Shown: in pieces, positions 17,667 through 27,627 of the stretch
Layout of the letters: the number at the start of each line of letters is the position of its first letter
Position numbering within the stretch: position 1 is the stretch's first letter
Assembly: GCA_041653615.1 (NCBI GenBank)
Contig: JBAZEZ010000009.1
Location: forward strand, 5,330-69,329
DNA from: Candidatus Ratteibacteria bacterium
Lineage (GTDB): Bacteria; Ratteibacteria; UBA8468; MWAK01
Direction: 5' to 3'
DNA: 64,000 bases
Program-made: the position numbers and the translations under genes
Notes under the pieces: generated by a model
Told to the model about the DNA's origin: nothing
What the model saw: the letters and a program-made list of their open reading frames with translations, nothing else
The model's database searches: none

Positions 17667-20417
17667 TTACCTCTCCCGCAAGGAAGAAGATGTGGATTTC
17701 CGGTGGGAGAGTTTGACCAGTTCTACGGCCCAGAGCGGGAAGGAAGAGAGCAAAAGAACCAGGACGATGTCCGCAAATCCCAGGGGCTGGGTCCGGAATA
17801 TCCGGTTGACGAATGGCGTATAAACTGCTACAACCTGCAATAGAAAGGAAATGGCGCAGGCGATAATTAGTTTTGGGTTAGTAAACAGACCGATTTTAAA
17901 AATTGATTCCCGGCTGTTCCGACAGTTGAACGAATGGAATAATTGGGAGCAGGCCAGAACCACAAAGGCACCGGTCCGGGCCCGGACAATGCCGCCTTTT
18001 TCCCCAAAAAGGATAACGGCAAACGCCAGGAGACTGCAGAAGGCAATTAAAGCACCCTGACCTAAAATCACCAGCATCTTGTGTTTGTCGATAACCCCTT
18101 CGCTTGTTTTGCGCGGGGGCCGCTCCATAATTCCGGGGTCAACCGGGTCAACACCCAGGGCGAGCGCCGGCAGACCGTCGGTAACCAGGTTTACCCAGAG
18201 TATCTGAACCGGCAATAAGGGCGCCGGCACACCCGCCAGCGAAGCGGTAAACATCACCAGTATCTCTCCGCTGTTACAGGAAAGCAAATAGTGGATAAAC
18301 TTCCGGATATTGTCGTAGATGCCCCGGCCTTCCTCGACCGCGGCGACGATGGAAGCAAAATTATCGTCGGTGATAACCATGTCCGAAACTTCTTTGGTAA
18401 CATCGGTTCCGGAGATACCCATCGCCACGCCGATATCTGCCTCCTTAATGGCCGGCGCGTCGTTTACGCCGTCACCGGTCATAGCCACGATTTCGCCTTT
18501 TTTACGCCAGGCGCTGACGATTCGGAATTTATGCTCCGGCGAAACCCGGGCGTAGACGGAAATCCGGGGCGCCATCTCCAGAAATTCCCGGTCGTCCAGC
18601 CGGTCCAATTCCAATCCGGTCAACGCCAGGGAACCCTCTTCAAAAAACCCCAGCTCTTTAGCGATGGCAATCGCGGTGTTCTTGTGGTCACCGGTAATCA
18701 TCACCGTCCGGATACCGGCGCCCTTGCACTTGGTTATCGCTGCCCTGGCCTCTGCCCGCGGCGGGTCCATCATCGCAATCAGTCCGGCAAAAATAAGGTC
18801 TTTTTCGATATTATCCGCCTCGTACTGTTTTGGAACCTCGTCCAAGTAACGGTAAGCGACCGCGATGACCCGCAAAGCCTGGTTGGCCAACGTAAGATTC
18901 TGTTCGAGGATTTGTTTTTTACGGGCTTCGGTAAGTATAACCCCCTCACCCTTGCCCTCTCCCTGCAGGGGAGAGGGAATATATTCGCGTGTACAATCGT
19001 TCAGCAGGATGTCCGGAGCGCCCTTGACGTAAATCACCGGCCGCGCTCCCTCCCGTCCTCCTTCGGCGGAATAACGGATTATGGTCATCTTTTTACGCTC
19101 GGAATCAAAGGGTATTTCCTGAAGAAACGGCATCGATACCTCAAGCTCTTCCTTCCGAATATCCGCCTTGGCCGCCGCGGTTAAAATGGCACCTTCGGTA
19201 GGGTCGCCGACAATCCGGTAGGTACGATTTTCCGAAACCAGGCTGGCCGAATTACACAGAACACCGCAAAGAAGGTTCTGTTTCAATGCCGGGTATTCCT
19301 GCAATTTTATTGCCCTTCCGTCAATCAGAAATTCTCCGGTCGGTTCATACCCAACGCCGGTGACCTGAAACGAAGTCCCTCCGGCGTAAATGGCCTTAAC
19401 GGTCATTTCATTCCTGGTCAGGGTTCCGGTCTTATCGGTGCAGATAACAGTGGCACAGCCCAACGTCTCAACCGATGGCAATTTACGAATTAAAGCATTC
19501 CGCTTCACCATCCGCTGCACGCCCAAAGCCAGAGCGATGGTCACCACCGCCGGCAAACCTTCGGGAATAGCGGCCACGGCCAGGCTTACCGCAGTGAGAA
19601 AAAGGTCGATAACCTTTCCACCCCTCACTAACCCAATCAAGAAAATCAAACCGACCAGCAGCAGACACAAGTAAACCAGCCACTTGCCGAATTGTTCCAG
19701 CTTTTTTTGCAGAGGGGTCGGTTCCCGGGTGGCTTGTTGAATCATACCGGCAATCTTACCCAATTCCGTGTCCATGCCGGTTTCCACTACCAGCGCCCTT
19801 CCTTTACCGGAAGAGACCGAAGTACCGAGGTAAACCGTATTGCCCCTTTCCGCGAGCGGAACCTCTTTTTCAGCCAGGGCGAGAGTGGTCTTAACCACCG
19901 GTAGGGACTCGCCGGTCAAACTGGCTTCCTGAACGCTGAAGTTTGGGGTAAGATAGACCAGACGGCTATCCGCCGGAACGTTGTCTCCGGCTTCCAGTTC
20001 AATAATATCACCGGGGACCAGTTGGGAAGCAGGCAGTACAACCGGCTTGCCTTCACGAATTATTTTCGAAGCCGGACTGGAAAGTTTCTTGAGAGCGGAC
20101 AAGGATTTTTCGGCGCGAAACTCCTGGATAAAACCTAAAATGGCGTTCAGAACGACAATCCCGATAATCGCGAAAGCATCAACCCATTCCTTTAAAAAAC
20201 CGGAAACCAGTGCGGCGCCGATTAAAACCCAGACGATGAAACCCTGAAATTGCTCCAGAAATATCCCCGGAAGGCTCCGGCCTTTCTTATCCTTTAATTG
20301 GTTCAATCCGTATTTTTCCAGCCGCAGAACGGCTTCCGGAACGGAAAGACCGTTGGAAAGGTCGGTTAAGAGGGTTTTCGCTAAATCCTGGACATCTGAT
20401 TGCCAGTATTTTTCCAT
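17667..20417 (-). CDS. P-type cation (Ca2+, type IIA-like) transporting ATPase
   Basis: [38 protein letters not shown]. Confidence 0.95.
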   Translation of the reverse strand: MEKYWQSDVQDLAKTLLTDLSNGLSVPEAVLRLEKYGLNQLKDKKGRSLPGIFLEQFQGFIVWVLIGAALVSGFLKEWVDAFAIIGIVVLNAILGFIQEFRAEKSLSALKKLSSPASKIIREGKPVVLPASQLVPGDIIELEAGDNVPADSRLVYLTPNFSVQEASLTGESLPVVKTTLALAEKEVPLAERGNTVYLGTSVSSGKGRALVVETGMDTELGKIAGMIQQATREPTPLQKKLEQFGKWLVYLCLLLVGLIFLIGLVRGGKVIDLFLTAVSLAVAAIPEGLPAVVTIALALGVQRMVKRNALIRKLPSVETLGCATVICTDKTGTLTRNEMTVKAIYAGGTSFQVTGVGYEPTGEFLIDGRAIKLQEYPALKQNLLCGVLCNSASLVSENRTYRIVGDPTEGAILTAAAKADIRKEELEVSMPFLQEIPFDSERKKMTIIRYSAEGGREGARPVIYVKGAPDILLNDCTREYIPSPLQGEGKGEGVILTEARKKQILEQNLTLANQALRVIAVAYRYLDEVPKQYEADNIEKDLIFAGLIAMMDPPRAEARAAITKCKGAGIRTVMITGDHKNTAIAIAKELGFFEEGSLALTGLELDRLDDREFLEMAPRISVYARVSPEHKFRIVSAWRKKGEIVAMTGDGVNDAPAIKEADIGVAMGISGTDVTKEVSDMVITDDNFASIVAAVEEGRGIYDNIRKFIHYLLSCNSGEILVMFTASLAGVPAPLLPVQILWVNLVTDGLPALALGVDPVDPGIMERPPRKTSEGVIDKHKMLVILGQGALIAFCSLLAFAVILFGEKGGIVRARTGAFVVLACSQLFHSFNCRNSRESIFKIGLFTNPKLIIACAISFLLQVVAVYTPFVNRIFRTQPLGFADIVLVLLLSSFPLWAVELVKLSHRKSTSSSLRER
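18941..18978. repeat. CCCTCTCCC/GGGAGAGGG palindromic repeat in frame within the ATPase
   Basis: ccccctcacccttgccctctccctgcaggggagaggga encodes [13 protein letters not shown]. Confidence 0.75.
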
Positions 20418-20490
20418 TATTTATCAATTTATATTATAACCCTTCAATTACGCATTCACAAAATACGTTTTCTGTGGTAAAATATAAAAA

Positions 20491-20976
20491 ATGAAAAAAG
20501 GGGTGGTTTATCCGGGCAGTTTTGACCCGGTTACCCTGGGTCATCTGGATTTAATCAAACAAGCTCTTACTATTTTTGACCGGGTAATCGTGGCCGTAGC
20601 GGACAATTCGGAAAAAAATCCGGCTTTTACCCGCAAAGAAAGAATTCGGATACTGAAAGATGTGACCGGAAAAATGCCCGGAGTGGAAGTAGACTATTTT
20701 TCGGGCCTGCTGGTTAATTACCTCCGGGGAAAAAAGGTCAATGTCATCCTGCGGGGCTTGCGCGCAGTTTCAGATTTTGATTACGAATTCCAGATGGTTT
20801 TGACCAACCGTCGCCTGGCACCGGAAGTGGAAACGGTCTTTTTGATGCCCCAGGAAGATTATTTCTTCCTGAGTTCCAGCATGGTTAAGGAACTGGCCGT
20901 CTTGGGCGCCAACCTCTCCGCTTTCGTCCCGGCAAAGGTGGAAAAGGAATTAAAAATAAAATTAGGTAGGAAATGA
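20491..20976 (+). CDS. coaD: Phosphopantetheine adenylyltransferase
   Basis: YPGSFDPVTLGHLD, RGLRAVSDFDYEFQM, LSSSMVKE. Confidence 0.97.
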   Translation: MKKGVVYPGSFDPVTLGHLDLIKQALTIFDRVIVAVADNSEKNPAFTRKERIRILKDVTGKMPGVEVDYFSGLLVNYLRGKKVNVILRGLRAVSDFDYEFQMVLTNRRLAPEVETVFLMPQEDYFFLSSSMVKELAVLGANLSAFVPAKVEKELKIKLGRK

Positions 20977-20986
20977 CAGGCGAGAC

Positions 20987-21059
20987 TTGTCCGCCAAAGC
21001 TTTAGCGAAGGCAGACACCTATCCTACTACACTAGTGCGGGGCTTTAGCCCCGCACTAC
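20987..21059. repeat. CCGCC-family hairpin (20987-21015) plus GTAG REP (21033-21059)
   Basis: ttgtccgccaaagctttagcgaaggcaga; tagtgcggggctttagccccgcactac. Confidence 0.75.
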
Positions 21060-21097
21060 AAGAAAGATACAAAAAATATCAAAACATAGGGGGAAAA

Positions 21098-21292
21098 ATG
21101 CCAAATCCTTTCCGGCGACATTCACATTCCCGGGGCGCCAAAAGACGGTCTGCGAACCGCCTGGAACTACCCGGACTCGCCAAATGCAGCAACTGTCAGT
21201 CAATCATTCTTTCCCACCGGGTCTGTCCGGATTGCGGGTACTATGACGGCCGGCCGGTGGTGGTAATCAAGACCAAAGGGAAAGAAAAATGA
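21098..21292 (+). CDS. rpmF: 50S ribosomal protein L32
   Basis: MPNP..RHS..R..KRR, CSNC...HRVCPDCGYY; ATG 21098 after ggggg. The ORF-track start at 20987 reads through repeats. Confidence 0.93.
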   Translation: MPNPFRRHSHSRGAKRRSANRLELPGLAKCSNCQSIILSHRVCPDCGYYDGRPVVVIKTKGKEK

Positions 21293-21353
21293 GCCCCATC
21301 TTAGGGCTGATCAGCAAGTGAGAAGAAAAACAGGAAGGGGAAGTGAGATTGAA

Positions 21354-22322
21354 ATGTCTACTCTTATACGCGTCGCGGTTGACCTGTCCGGCAGTGAAAA
21401 AGGCCCGGCGGAAGTCTTGGAAGGCGCGATACTCGCCCGACAAGAAGGAAACCTGGAAATAATCCTGGTCGGACAAAGTTCCGCGGTGGCCGGAAAAGAC
21501 CTGGCGGGGTGTTCGTTCCTGGAAGCGCCGCTGGCCATTCCGATGTCAGAAAAGATAAGCCGGGAATTATTGCGCAACCAGGACAGTTCCCTCTTTAAAA
21601 TCGTACGGCTGGTGCAAGAAGGCAAGGCGGACGCGGCGGTAAGCGGTGGAAACACCGCCTGCTTTGTGGCGCTGGCCACAACGCTTCTGGGAACTATTCC
21701 CGACGTGGAACGGTCCGGCATCGCTATCTTTCTGCCTAAAATGAGCGGAACCACAATCCTGATTGACGCCGGCGCCAACACCGCCACCACTCCCAAACAC
21801 CTGGTCTCTTACGCGATAATGGGCAGTTACCTCCACCAGGCCCTTTTTAGTTCGGAAAAACCCAGGATTGGCCTGCTCAACGTAGGCGAGGAAGAGACCA
21901 AAGGCAGTGACCTCTATCGCGAAACCCACCTTCTTTTAAAACAGGACCAGCGAATTAATTTTATCGGAAACGTTGAAGGCCATAATATCTTCGACCCGCA
22001 GGTTGACGTGGTTGTGACTGACGGATTTACCGGAAACTGCATCCTGAAAACAATTGAAGGCGTAACCGGAGATTTTGCCTCGTTTCTTAAAGAAGAAATT
22101 GTCAAAAAAGGGCTGGAACATGAACCGGCTGTTACCGAGATACTGGGTAATTTTCTTCGCCGGGGCGATTTCGCCGAATACAGCGGCGGCTTCCTGATGG
22201 GTGTCTCCGGACTCTGCGTTATCATCCACGGACGGTCAGGCGCGGAAGCCCATCGGAAAGCAATTCTGCGCGCCCGGGACGCGGCAGCCGGTAAACTGAT
22301 GTCCCGCCTTCGCTCGCCATAG
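21354..22322 (+). CDS. plsX: Phosphate acyltransferase PlsX
   Basis: VAVDLSGSE, AVSGGNT, LIDAGAN, GLLNVGEEETKG, FIGNVEG, VVTDGFTGN, IIHGRS. Confidence 0.93.
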   Translation: MSTLIRVAVDLSGSEKGPAEVLEGAILARQEGNLEIILVGQSSAVAGKDLAGCSFLEAPLAIPMSEKISRELLRNQDSSLFKIVRLVQEGKADAAVSGGNTACFVALATTLLGTIPDVERSGIAIFLPKMSGTTILIDAGANTATTPKHLVSYAIMGSYLHQALFSSEKPRIGLLNVGEEETKGSDLYRETHLLLKQDQRINFIGNVEGHNIFDPQVDVVVTDGFTGNCILKTIEGVTGDFASFLKEEIVKKGLEHEPAVTEILGNFLRRGDFAEYSGGFLMGVSGLCVIIHGRSGAEAHRKAILRARDAAAGKLMSRLRSP

Positions 22323-22352
22323 CGGGCTTCGGCGGGCAAAGCCCGCCAGAAA
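22314..22352. repeat. CCGCC-family hairpin overlapping the plsX stop
   Basis: tcgccatagcgggcttcggcgggcaaagcccgcca. Confidence 0.7.
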
Positions 22353-22405
22353 ACATCCGAAATATTTCGCCGTAGCCCGCCAAAATTCACCTTTTGATTA
22401 CATCA

Positions 22406-22473
22406 CTGGATTCCCGCGCCTACTATCCGCCTTCGCCAAGGCTACGGCGGACACAGTCCGCGGGAATGACAGG
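22406..22473. repeat. ATTCCC/GGGAAT element with a nested CCGCC-family hairpin
   Basis: ctggattcccgcg [tccgccttcgccaaggctacggcggac] cgcgggaatgacagg. Confidence 0.8.
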
Positions 22474-22479
22474 CATTAG

Positions 22480-22998
22480 ATGGAAGACCTAAAAATACAT
22501 CATTTCCCGGACAAGATTCTCCGACAAAAAACCAAAAAGGTAACCAGGATAGACAACACCGTCAGAGAACTTTCCGAGAAGATGCTCGCGACAATGAAGG
22601 ATGCGTCCGGAATAGGCCTGGCTTCCAACCAGGTGGGGAAACTCATCCGAATAGCGGTAATCGGCAATCTCCCGGACATCCTGAACGAACCCTTGGTTCT
22701 GATTAACCCGGAAATCAATGATTCCGAAGGCTGGACCACCCAGGAAGAAGGTTGCCTTTCTTTTCCCGGAGTTTACGCGGCGGTGCGGCGCCAAGTTAAA
22801 ATTTACGCCACTTTTTGGAACTTAAAAGAAGAAGAGATGCGGATTGAAGCCCAGGGGTTTCTGGCCCGCGCCATCCAGCACGAATTGGATCACTTGGACG
22901 GCATCCTTTTTCCGGACCATCTCTCTTTCCTCTCCCGGCAGTTATTCCTGAAAAAATATAAAAACAGAAAAAAAGAACGCCTTCTTTTTGACCGATAA
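22480..22998 (+). CDS. def: Peptide deformylase
   Basis: GIGLASNQVG, EGCLSFP, QHELDHLDG. Confidence 0.97.
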   Translation: MEDLKIHHFPDKILRQKTKKVTRIDNTVRELSEKMLATMKDASGIGLASNQVGKLIRIAVIGNLPDILNEPLVLINPEINDSEGWTTQEEGCLSFPGVYAAVRRQVKIYATFWNLKEEEMRIEAQGFLARAIQHELDHLDGILFPDHLSFLSRQLFLKKYKNRKKERLLFDR

Positions 22999-23048
22999 GG
23001 CAAATTTATAGTAAAATAATGTTTTATCAATACAAATATAAAGTAAGT

Positions 23049-23127
23049 TGTCATTCCTGTGGATTATAAGCAGGAATCTACAACCTTAAAGGAATTGAAT
23101 TCCCGCTAAAAACATGCGGGAACGACA
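23049..23127. repeat. ATTCCC/GGGAAT doublet (REPIN-like)
   Basis: tgtcattcctg...caggaatc spacer gaattcccgc...gcgggaacgaca. Confidence 0.8.
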
Positions 23128-23149
23128 TCGTTAATCTGGAGGAATTACC

Positions 23150-23887
23150 ATGGCTGAAACAATCAATTGTCAAACCCGGACCGAAAAAGGAACCAGTGCG
23201 GTCAAGAAACTGCGTCGGCAAGGTCTGATACCCGGAACCGTATACGGACATAAAACAAAACCGATTTCAATTTCCGTTTCCGAAACCGAATTCCTGAAAA
23301 TCTGGCGGAAAATTACCGGAAAACAGGTACTGCTTGACTTGATTGTTCATAAAAATGACAAGGAAACCAAGATGCACGGGTTTCTTAAAGATTACCAGCA
23401 CGACCTGGTCGACCGAAAGTTCTTGCACCTTGATTTTCATAAAGTCAGCACCTCGGAAAAAATCCGCATGGCCATCCCGATTGAACTGACCGGGGAAGCG
23501 CCCGGCGAAAAAGAGGGCGGAATCGTTGACCAGATTCTAAGGGAACTTGAGGTTGAGGGATTGGCGGGAAAACTTCCGGAAAAGATTATCGTTGATGTCA
23601 GCGCGTTAAAAATCGGCGATTCCATTTTTGTCTCGGCCTTGAAACTGGCCGATGAGATTGAAATTTTAAAACACGGGGAAGAACCAATCGTTTCGGTATT
23701 GGCTCCCAAAAAGGTGGAGGAAGAAGTAGTGGCGCCGGTGGCATTGGATGAAGCGGCGGCAACGGAACCGGAAGTCATCAGTGAAAAAACGTCCGAAGAA
23801 AGACGCAAGAAGAAGGAAGAGAACAAACCCAAGGAAGAAGGAAAAACCAAGGAAGAGGGTAAGCCCAAGGAAGAAAAAAAGAAATAA
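23150..23887 (+). CDS. rplY: 50S ribosomal protein L25 (long CTC form)
   Basis: LRRQGLIPGTVYG, HLDFHKV, GGIVDQ, LPEKIIVDVSALKIGDSI. Confidence 0.95.
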   Translation: MAETINCQTRTEKGTSAVKKLRRQGLIPGTVYGHKTKPISISVSETEFLKIWRKITGKQVLLDLIVHKNDKETKMHGFLKDYQHDLVDRKFLHLDFHKVSTSEKIRMAIPIELTGEAPGEKEGGIVDQILRELEVEGLAGKLPEKIIVDVSALKIGDSIFVSALKLADEIEILKHGEEPIVSVLAPKKVEEEVVAPVALDEAAATEPEVISEKTSEERRKKKEENKPKEEGKTKEEGKPKEEKKK

Positions 23888-23905
23888 CGGTTCCGCGTAT
23901 TTATT

Positions 23906-24469
23906 ATGTTTCCTTACGTAGTGGTGGGGTTAGGCAACCCCGGCTCCGGCTACCAGAAAAACAGGCATAATTTAGGATTTCGCGTTATAGACGAATTATC
24001 CCGCCAAGACGAAAACTCATCCTTATCCGGCGCGGTATCTTTTCGAAAGAACGGCAAGGCATTTGTGGCGAAGGTAAAAATTGCAGACCGAAACCTGATT
24101 CTCACTAAACCGCACACTTACGTAAACCGCAGCGGCGAAGCGGTCTTAAGCATTCTGACACGCAACCGAATCCCTAAAGAAAATATTCTGATCGTTTGCG
24201 ATGACCTGTCTTTGCCCTTGGGAACTTCGCGGCTGCGCTTTAAAGGCAGTTCCGGCGGACACAACGGTTTGCAATCAATCATTGAGGCAATCGGAAACGA
24301 GTTTGCCCGTCTCCGGCTTGGCATCGGAACACCGGGGTCTTCGGCGGAATGGGCTGATTATGTTTTGAAAGATTTTACGCCGACCGAAGAAGAAAAACTT
24401 CCGGAAATAATAGACCAGGCGGTTGAGGAAATCATAAACTTCATAAAAAGCCAAACGAAAAATAGCTAA
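23906..24469 (+). CDS. pth: Peptidyl-tRNA hydrolase
   Basis: VVGLGNPG, RHNLGF, KPHTYVNRSG, GSSGGHNGL, RLRLGIG. Confidence 0.96.
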   Translation: MFPYVVVGLGNPGSGYQKNRHNLGFRVIDELSRQDENSSLSGAVSFRKNGKAFVAKVKIADRNLILTKPHTYVNRSGEAVLSILTRNRIPKENILIVCDDLSLPLGTSRLRFKGSSGGHNGLQSIIEAIGNEFARLRLGIGTPGSSAEWADYVLKDFTPTEEEKLPEIIDQAVEEIINFIKSQTKNS

Positions 24470-24472
24470 ATA

Positions 24473-24587
24473 GGACGCAGATATACGCAGAAAAAACGGG
24501 ATAATACTAAATGATAATCTTTATTAGAGCGTTTCCTGGCAATTCTTTAAGGTAATTTTTAATCCGTATCTGCGGTAATCTGCGTCC
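24473..24587. repeat. GGACGCAG inverted-arm element, copy 2
   Basis: ggacgcagatatacgcag...atctgcggtaatctgcgtcc. Confidence 0.85.
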
Positions 24588-24594
24588 AAAAAAT

Positions 24595-25755
24595 ATGGAC
24601 TACTTTCAAGAATCGCTCGCCCTGCACCTGAAACACCGGGGAAAGATTGAAGTGTGCAGCAAGGTTGCGCTAAAAGACAAGACTGACTTGTCCCTTGCTT
24701 ACACGCCCGGCGTAGCCGCGCCCTGCAAGGAAATTGAACAGGACCCAAAACGTCTCTACGACTACACCAGCAAGGGAAACATGGTAGCGGTGGTAACCGA
24801 CGGCAGCGCAGTACTGGGCCTGGGCAACATCGGACCGGAAGCCAGCCTGCCGGTAATGGAGGGAAAAGCAATTCTCTTCAAAGAATTCGGCGGGATTGAC
24901 GCCTTTCCCATCGCCATCGCCAGCCAGGATGTAGACGAGATTGTCCGCACCGTCGTCTTAATTTCACCCGTATTTGGCGGCATAAATCTGGAGGATATTT
25001 CCGCCCCCCGATGCTTCCTGATTGAAGAACGACTAAAAAAAGAACTGAAAATTCCGGTCTTTCACGACGACCAGCATGGAACCGCGGTGGTAACATACGC
25101 GGCCCTGTTAAATGGCTTAAAAATAGTAAGGAAAAAGAAGGAAGATATTAAAGTGGTCATCTCCGGGGCAGGCGCCGCCGGTATTGCGATTGCCAAATTC
25201 CTTTTGGCGGCCGGCGTTACCGAAATCATTGTCTGTGACCGCCGCGGAACCATATATGAAGGCAGGAACGGCGAAACCAATACCGCCAAAGAAAAGATAG
25301 CCCTGCTCACCAACCGGAAAAAACTCTCCGGAAGTTTATCTTCCGCGCTGGCCGGCGCGGATGTTTTTGTCGGAGTTTCGGTGCCGGGCCTGATTACCGC
25401 GGAAGACGTGAAGAAAATGGCCGCCCGAGCCATCGTCCTGGCGATGGCCAACCCGATTCCGGAAATTTCACCGGAAGAAGCCAAGGGCGCCGGCGCCGCA
25501 ATCGTGGCAACCGGACGAAGCGACTACTCCAACCAAGTCAACAACCTGTTAGCTTTTCCGGGAATTTTCAAAGGCGCTTTTCAGGCAAAAGCGGTGAGTA
25601 TTACCGAAGAAATGAAAATTGCGGCCAGCTTGGCGATTGCCTCGCTGGTTTCCAACAAAGAACTCTCGCCGAATTATATTATCCCCTCGCCCCTGGACCG
25701 CCGCGTGGCCGATTCTGTCGCGGAATCGGTAAAGACCGCCGCGCTTCAGCGGTAG
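24595..25755 (+). CDS. NAD(P)-dependent malic enzyme (short form, no PTA domain)
   Basis: [62 protein letters not shown]. Confidence 0.93.
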   Translation: MDYFQESLALHLKHRGKIEVCSKVALKDKTDLSLAYTPGVAAPCKEIEQDPKRLYDYTSKGNMVAVVTDGSAVLGLGNIGPEASLPVMEGKAILFKEFGGIDAFPIAIASQDVDEIVRTVVLISPVFGGINLEDISAPRCFLIEERLKKELKIPVFHDDQHGTAVVTYAALLNGLKIVRKKKEDIKVVISGAGAAGIAIAKFLLAAGVTEIIVCDRRGTIYEGRNGETNTAKEKIALLTNRKKLSGSLSSALAGADVFVGVSVPGLITAEDVKKMAARAIVLAMANPIPEISPEEAKGAGAAIVATGRSDYSNQVNNLLAFPGIFKGAFQAKAVSITEEMKIAASLAIASLVSNKELSPNYIIPSPLDRRVADSVAESVKTAALQR

Positions 25756-26444
25756 GAAGCACCCCAATCGCTGTACTCGGAAAGATAGACGTTATAATCC
25801 TCGGAAGCAATATTCAAAACCGGCCCGAACCCCTTGTTCTTGTGCCAGAGACAGCGCACCACCGGTGTATGCCCCCTGTACGGGGATGAAGTAAGCATAT
25901 ATTGGGAATACTCCCGCCAAGTAACATCAGAACCCGGCACCCCGCCGGCAGTTACTTCACCCGTATCGGCCGGATCCGGATTAAACATTAAAAGGTAGGA
26001 ACAATTACGGGGATTATCAGGATCGTTAATCCGGCCGCTCTTTGGGTTGGCCTCGTCGTACCTGTCACATCCGTTCCAGTTATCGGCCGCGGAAGCGCCC
26101 CAAGCCTCAAATCCGTGTCCAAACGCTCCATTATCCCTATCGGTCAGACAAGTCAGGACTTTCGGGTTGGTGCCCAGGTAATTCGGTTGCAGATTGGACA
26201 ACCAGTACGGAAATTGATACTCCCAATCCTGGCGATACATTTCAATCGCGGCAGAAAACTGCCTCAGATTATTAATGCAGTTAGCCTGACGACCTTTTTC
26301 CCGCGCGCTGGAAAAAGCCGGTAATAATTGACTGGCTAAAATATTGATAATGGCAATTACTACTAAAAGTTCAATTAAAGTAAACCCCTTAGAAGACAAT
26401 CGCCGCCTACACGGGGTAAATCCGAAACGCTTGTTACCGTTCAT
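25746..26444 (-). CDS. Prepilin-type N-terminal methylation protein (PVC/DUF1559-like)
   Basis: [14 protein letters not shown]...[23 protein letters not shown]. Confidence 0.85.
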   Translation of the reverse strand: MNGNKRFGFTPCRRRLSSKGFTLIELLVVIAIINILASQLLPAFSSAREKGRQANCINNLRQFSAAIEMYRQDWEYQFPYWLSNLQPNYLGTNPKVLTCLTDRDNGAFGHGFEAWGASAADNWNGCDRYDEANPKSGRINDPDNPRNCSYLLMFNPDPADTGEVTAGGVPGSDVTWREYSQYMLTSSPYRGHTPVVRCLWHKNKGFGPVLNIASEDYNVYLSEYSDWGASYR

Positions 26445-27145
26445 TTTCCCGTTACCGCCTCTTCTCTGAATTTAACCTCTTTAGCCGCGTCGGCCGCGGC
26501 AGCCCTCACCGTAAAATCAGTTTCGCTGCCAGCCAAATTATTTAAGCGATTCAGGGTATCCGGGCCGCCTCTGCGGCTTAAGAAAGAAAGGGCTTCGACC
26601 CGTAGAGAACTATCTTCCGTGGTCTTCTCCGCCAAACGCAAAATAAGACCGGTTGCTTCCGAACCGGGAATCCGCGCGAAAAGAACCAGGGCGGCATGTC
26701 TCACTGCGGGCAGGGGGTCAGAAAGACCTTTTTCCAGATAGGGATACGCCTTTTCTTTTTCCTTGCGGCTAATCGTTTCCAGACCAATCATCCGGATCTT
26801 GGCATCCGGCGAATTTAGGAGATTGAGAAATTTTATCCGGTCTAAAATCAGGATGGAATAAGCGGCGGCCCGGCGTACTCTTTCATCCGAGTCTAAAGTA
26901 AGGACTTTTTCCAGGTCAGATACCGCGCCTTTTGCGTTAATGCGTCCTAAACCAAGCGCGGCGTCAAGACGGGTTTCCGGAATCACGCTGACAAGACCCT
27001 GTAAATATTTTGTCGAACTTTCCCCTTCCGGCCTGCGGCAGGAACGGACGATTAAAACCAAAAAAAAGGCAAGAATTAAAAAGAGAATGATGCCGACGGC
27101 GATTTTTTTCTTTTCTGGAATATTCCAAAAATCGCTTGTAGGCAT
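26441..27145 (-). CDS. Membrane-anchored HEAT-repeat protein
   Basis: N-terminal TM; [38 protein letters not shown]. Confidence 0.8.
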   Translation of the reverse strand: MPTSDFWNIPEKKKIAVGIILFLILAFFLVLIVRSCRRPEGESSTKYLQGLVSVIPETRLDAALGLGRINAKGAVSDLEKVLTLDSDERVRRAAAYSILILDRIKFLNLLNSPDAKIRMIGLETISRKEKEKAYPYLEKGLSDPLPAVRHAALVLFARIPGSEATGLILRLAEKTTEDSSLRVEALSFLSRRGGPDTLNRLNNLAGSETDFTVRAAAADAAKEVKFREEAVTGK

Positions 27146-27540
27146 TACCGTTCCATAGACTTTGATTCTTTAACCTTTATTTTTACCGGTGGGGCTGACT
27201 GTTTTTTTACGGTTCCCTGGCTCCCACTTTGTCCCCGAAGAACCGAAGGAATCATTTCTCCCGTCGGAATTGACGAAGGTAAAATTACAGACGGAGGAAT
27301 TGACGTCTCCGCGGAAACCTTCAGAATAGAATTGAGAACGTTGGGATTGGCAACACCTTGTTCCGCCTGGCCGACAACGTAATAGTAATAACCGCCGAGG
27401 CCGACAATGAGCAAGGAAAGGATCAACGCAACCGCAAATTTCGGCTTACTTACTTCCAAAACAATCAAAGCCAGGATAATTCCCAGCAAGCCCACCGCTA
27501 TTACAATCAGCGCCGAAAGGTAGCCCATCACATATTCCAT
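27145..27540 (-). CDS. Hypothetical membrane protein
   Basis: Two N-terminal TM helices and a Pro/Ser-rich basic tail; its stop overlaps the next start. Confidence 0.6.
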   Translation of the reverse strand: MEYVMGYLSALIVIAVGLLGIILALIVLEVSKPKFAVALILSLLIVGLGGYYYYVVGQAEQGVANPNVLNSILKVSAETSIPPSVILPSSIPTGEMIPSVLRGQSGSQGTVKKQSAPPVKIKVKESKSMER

Positions 27541-27627
27541 TCTTTGCCTCCGTTAAAAAATAAAATGTATTGGAATGTTTGCCAATTTCTTTTATATTAC
27601 ACTCTTTTCGCTTTCTCTGTCAATTTT

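Noticed and set aside
9671-17667. Prophage, DGR, retron or integron as the explanation for the island
   Set aside because: No integrase, reverse transcriptase, phage structural genes, template/variable repeat pair or attC-like array is visible.
17667-20417. Long antisense ORFs over the ATPase (e.g. 18291-19184) and similar shadow ORFs over ftsI, pyrG and glgB
   Set aside because: Expected antisense open frames in GC-rich coding DNA; no motifs or start signals.
20987-21097. Extended ORF-track N-termini for rpmF (also secD, mraY, murF, galT, gatA, MFS, prmC, murA, plsX)
   Set aside because: The extensions are translated repeats or overlaps; downstream starts match family N-termini and mostly have SD sequences.
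23825-23878. Three 18-nt tandem units at the rplY 3' end (KPKEEG)
   Set aside because: Low-complexity charged tails are common in long L25/CTC proteins.
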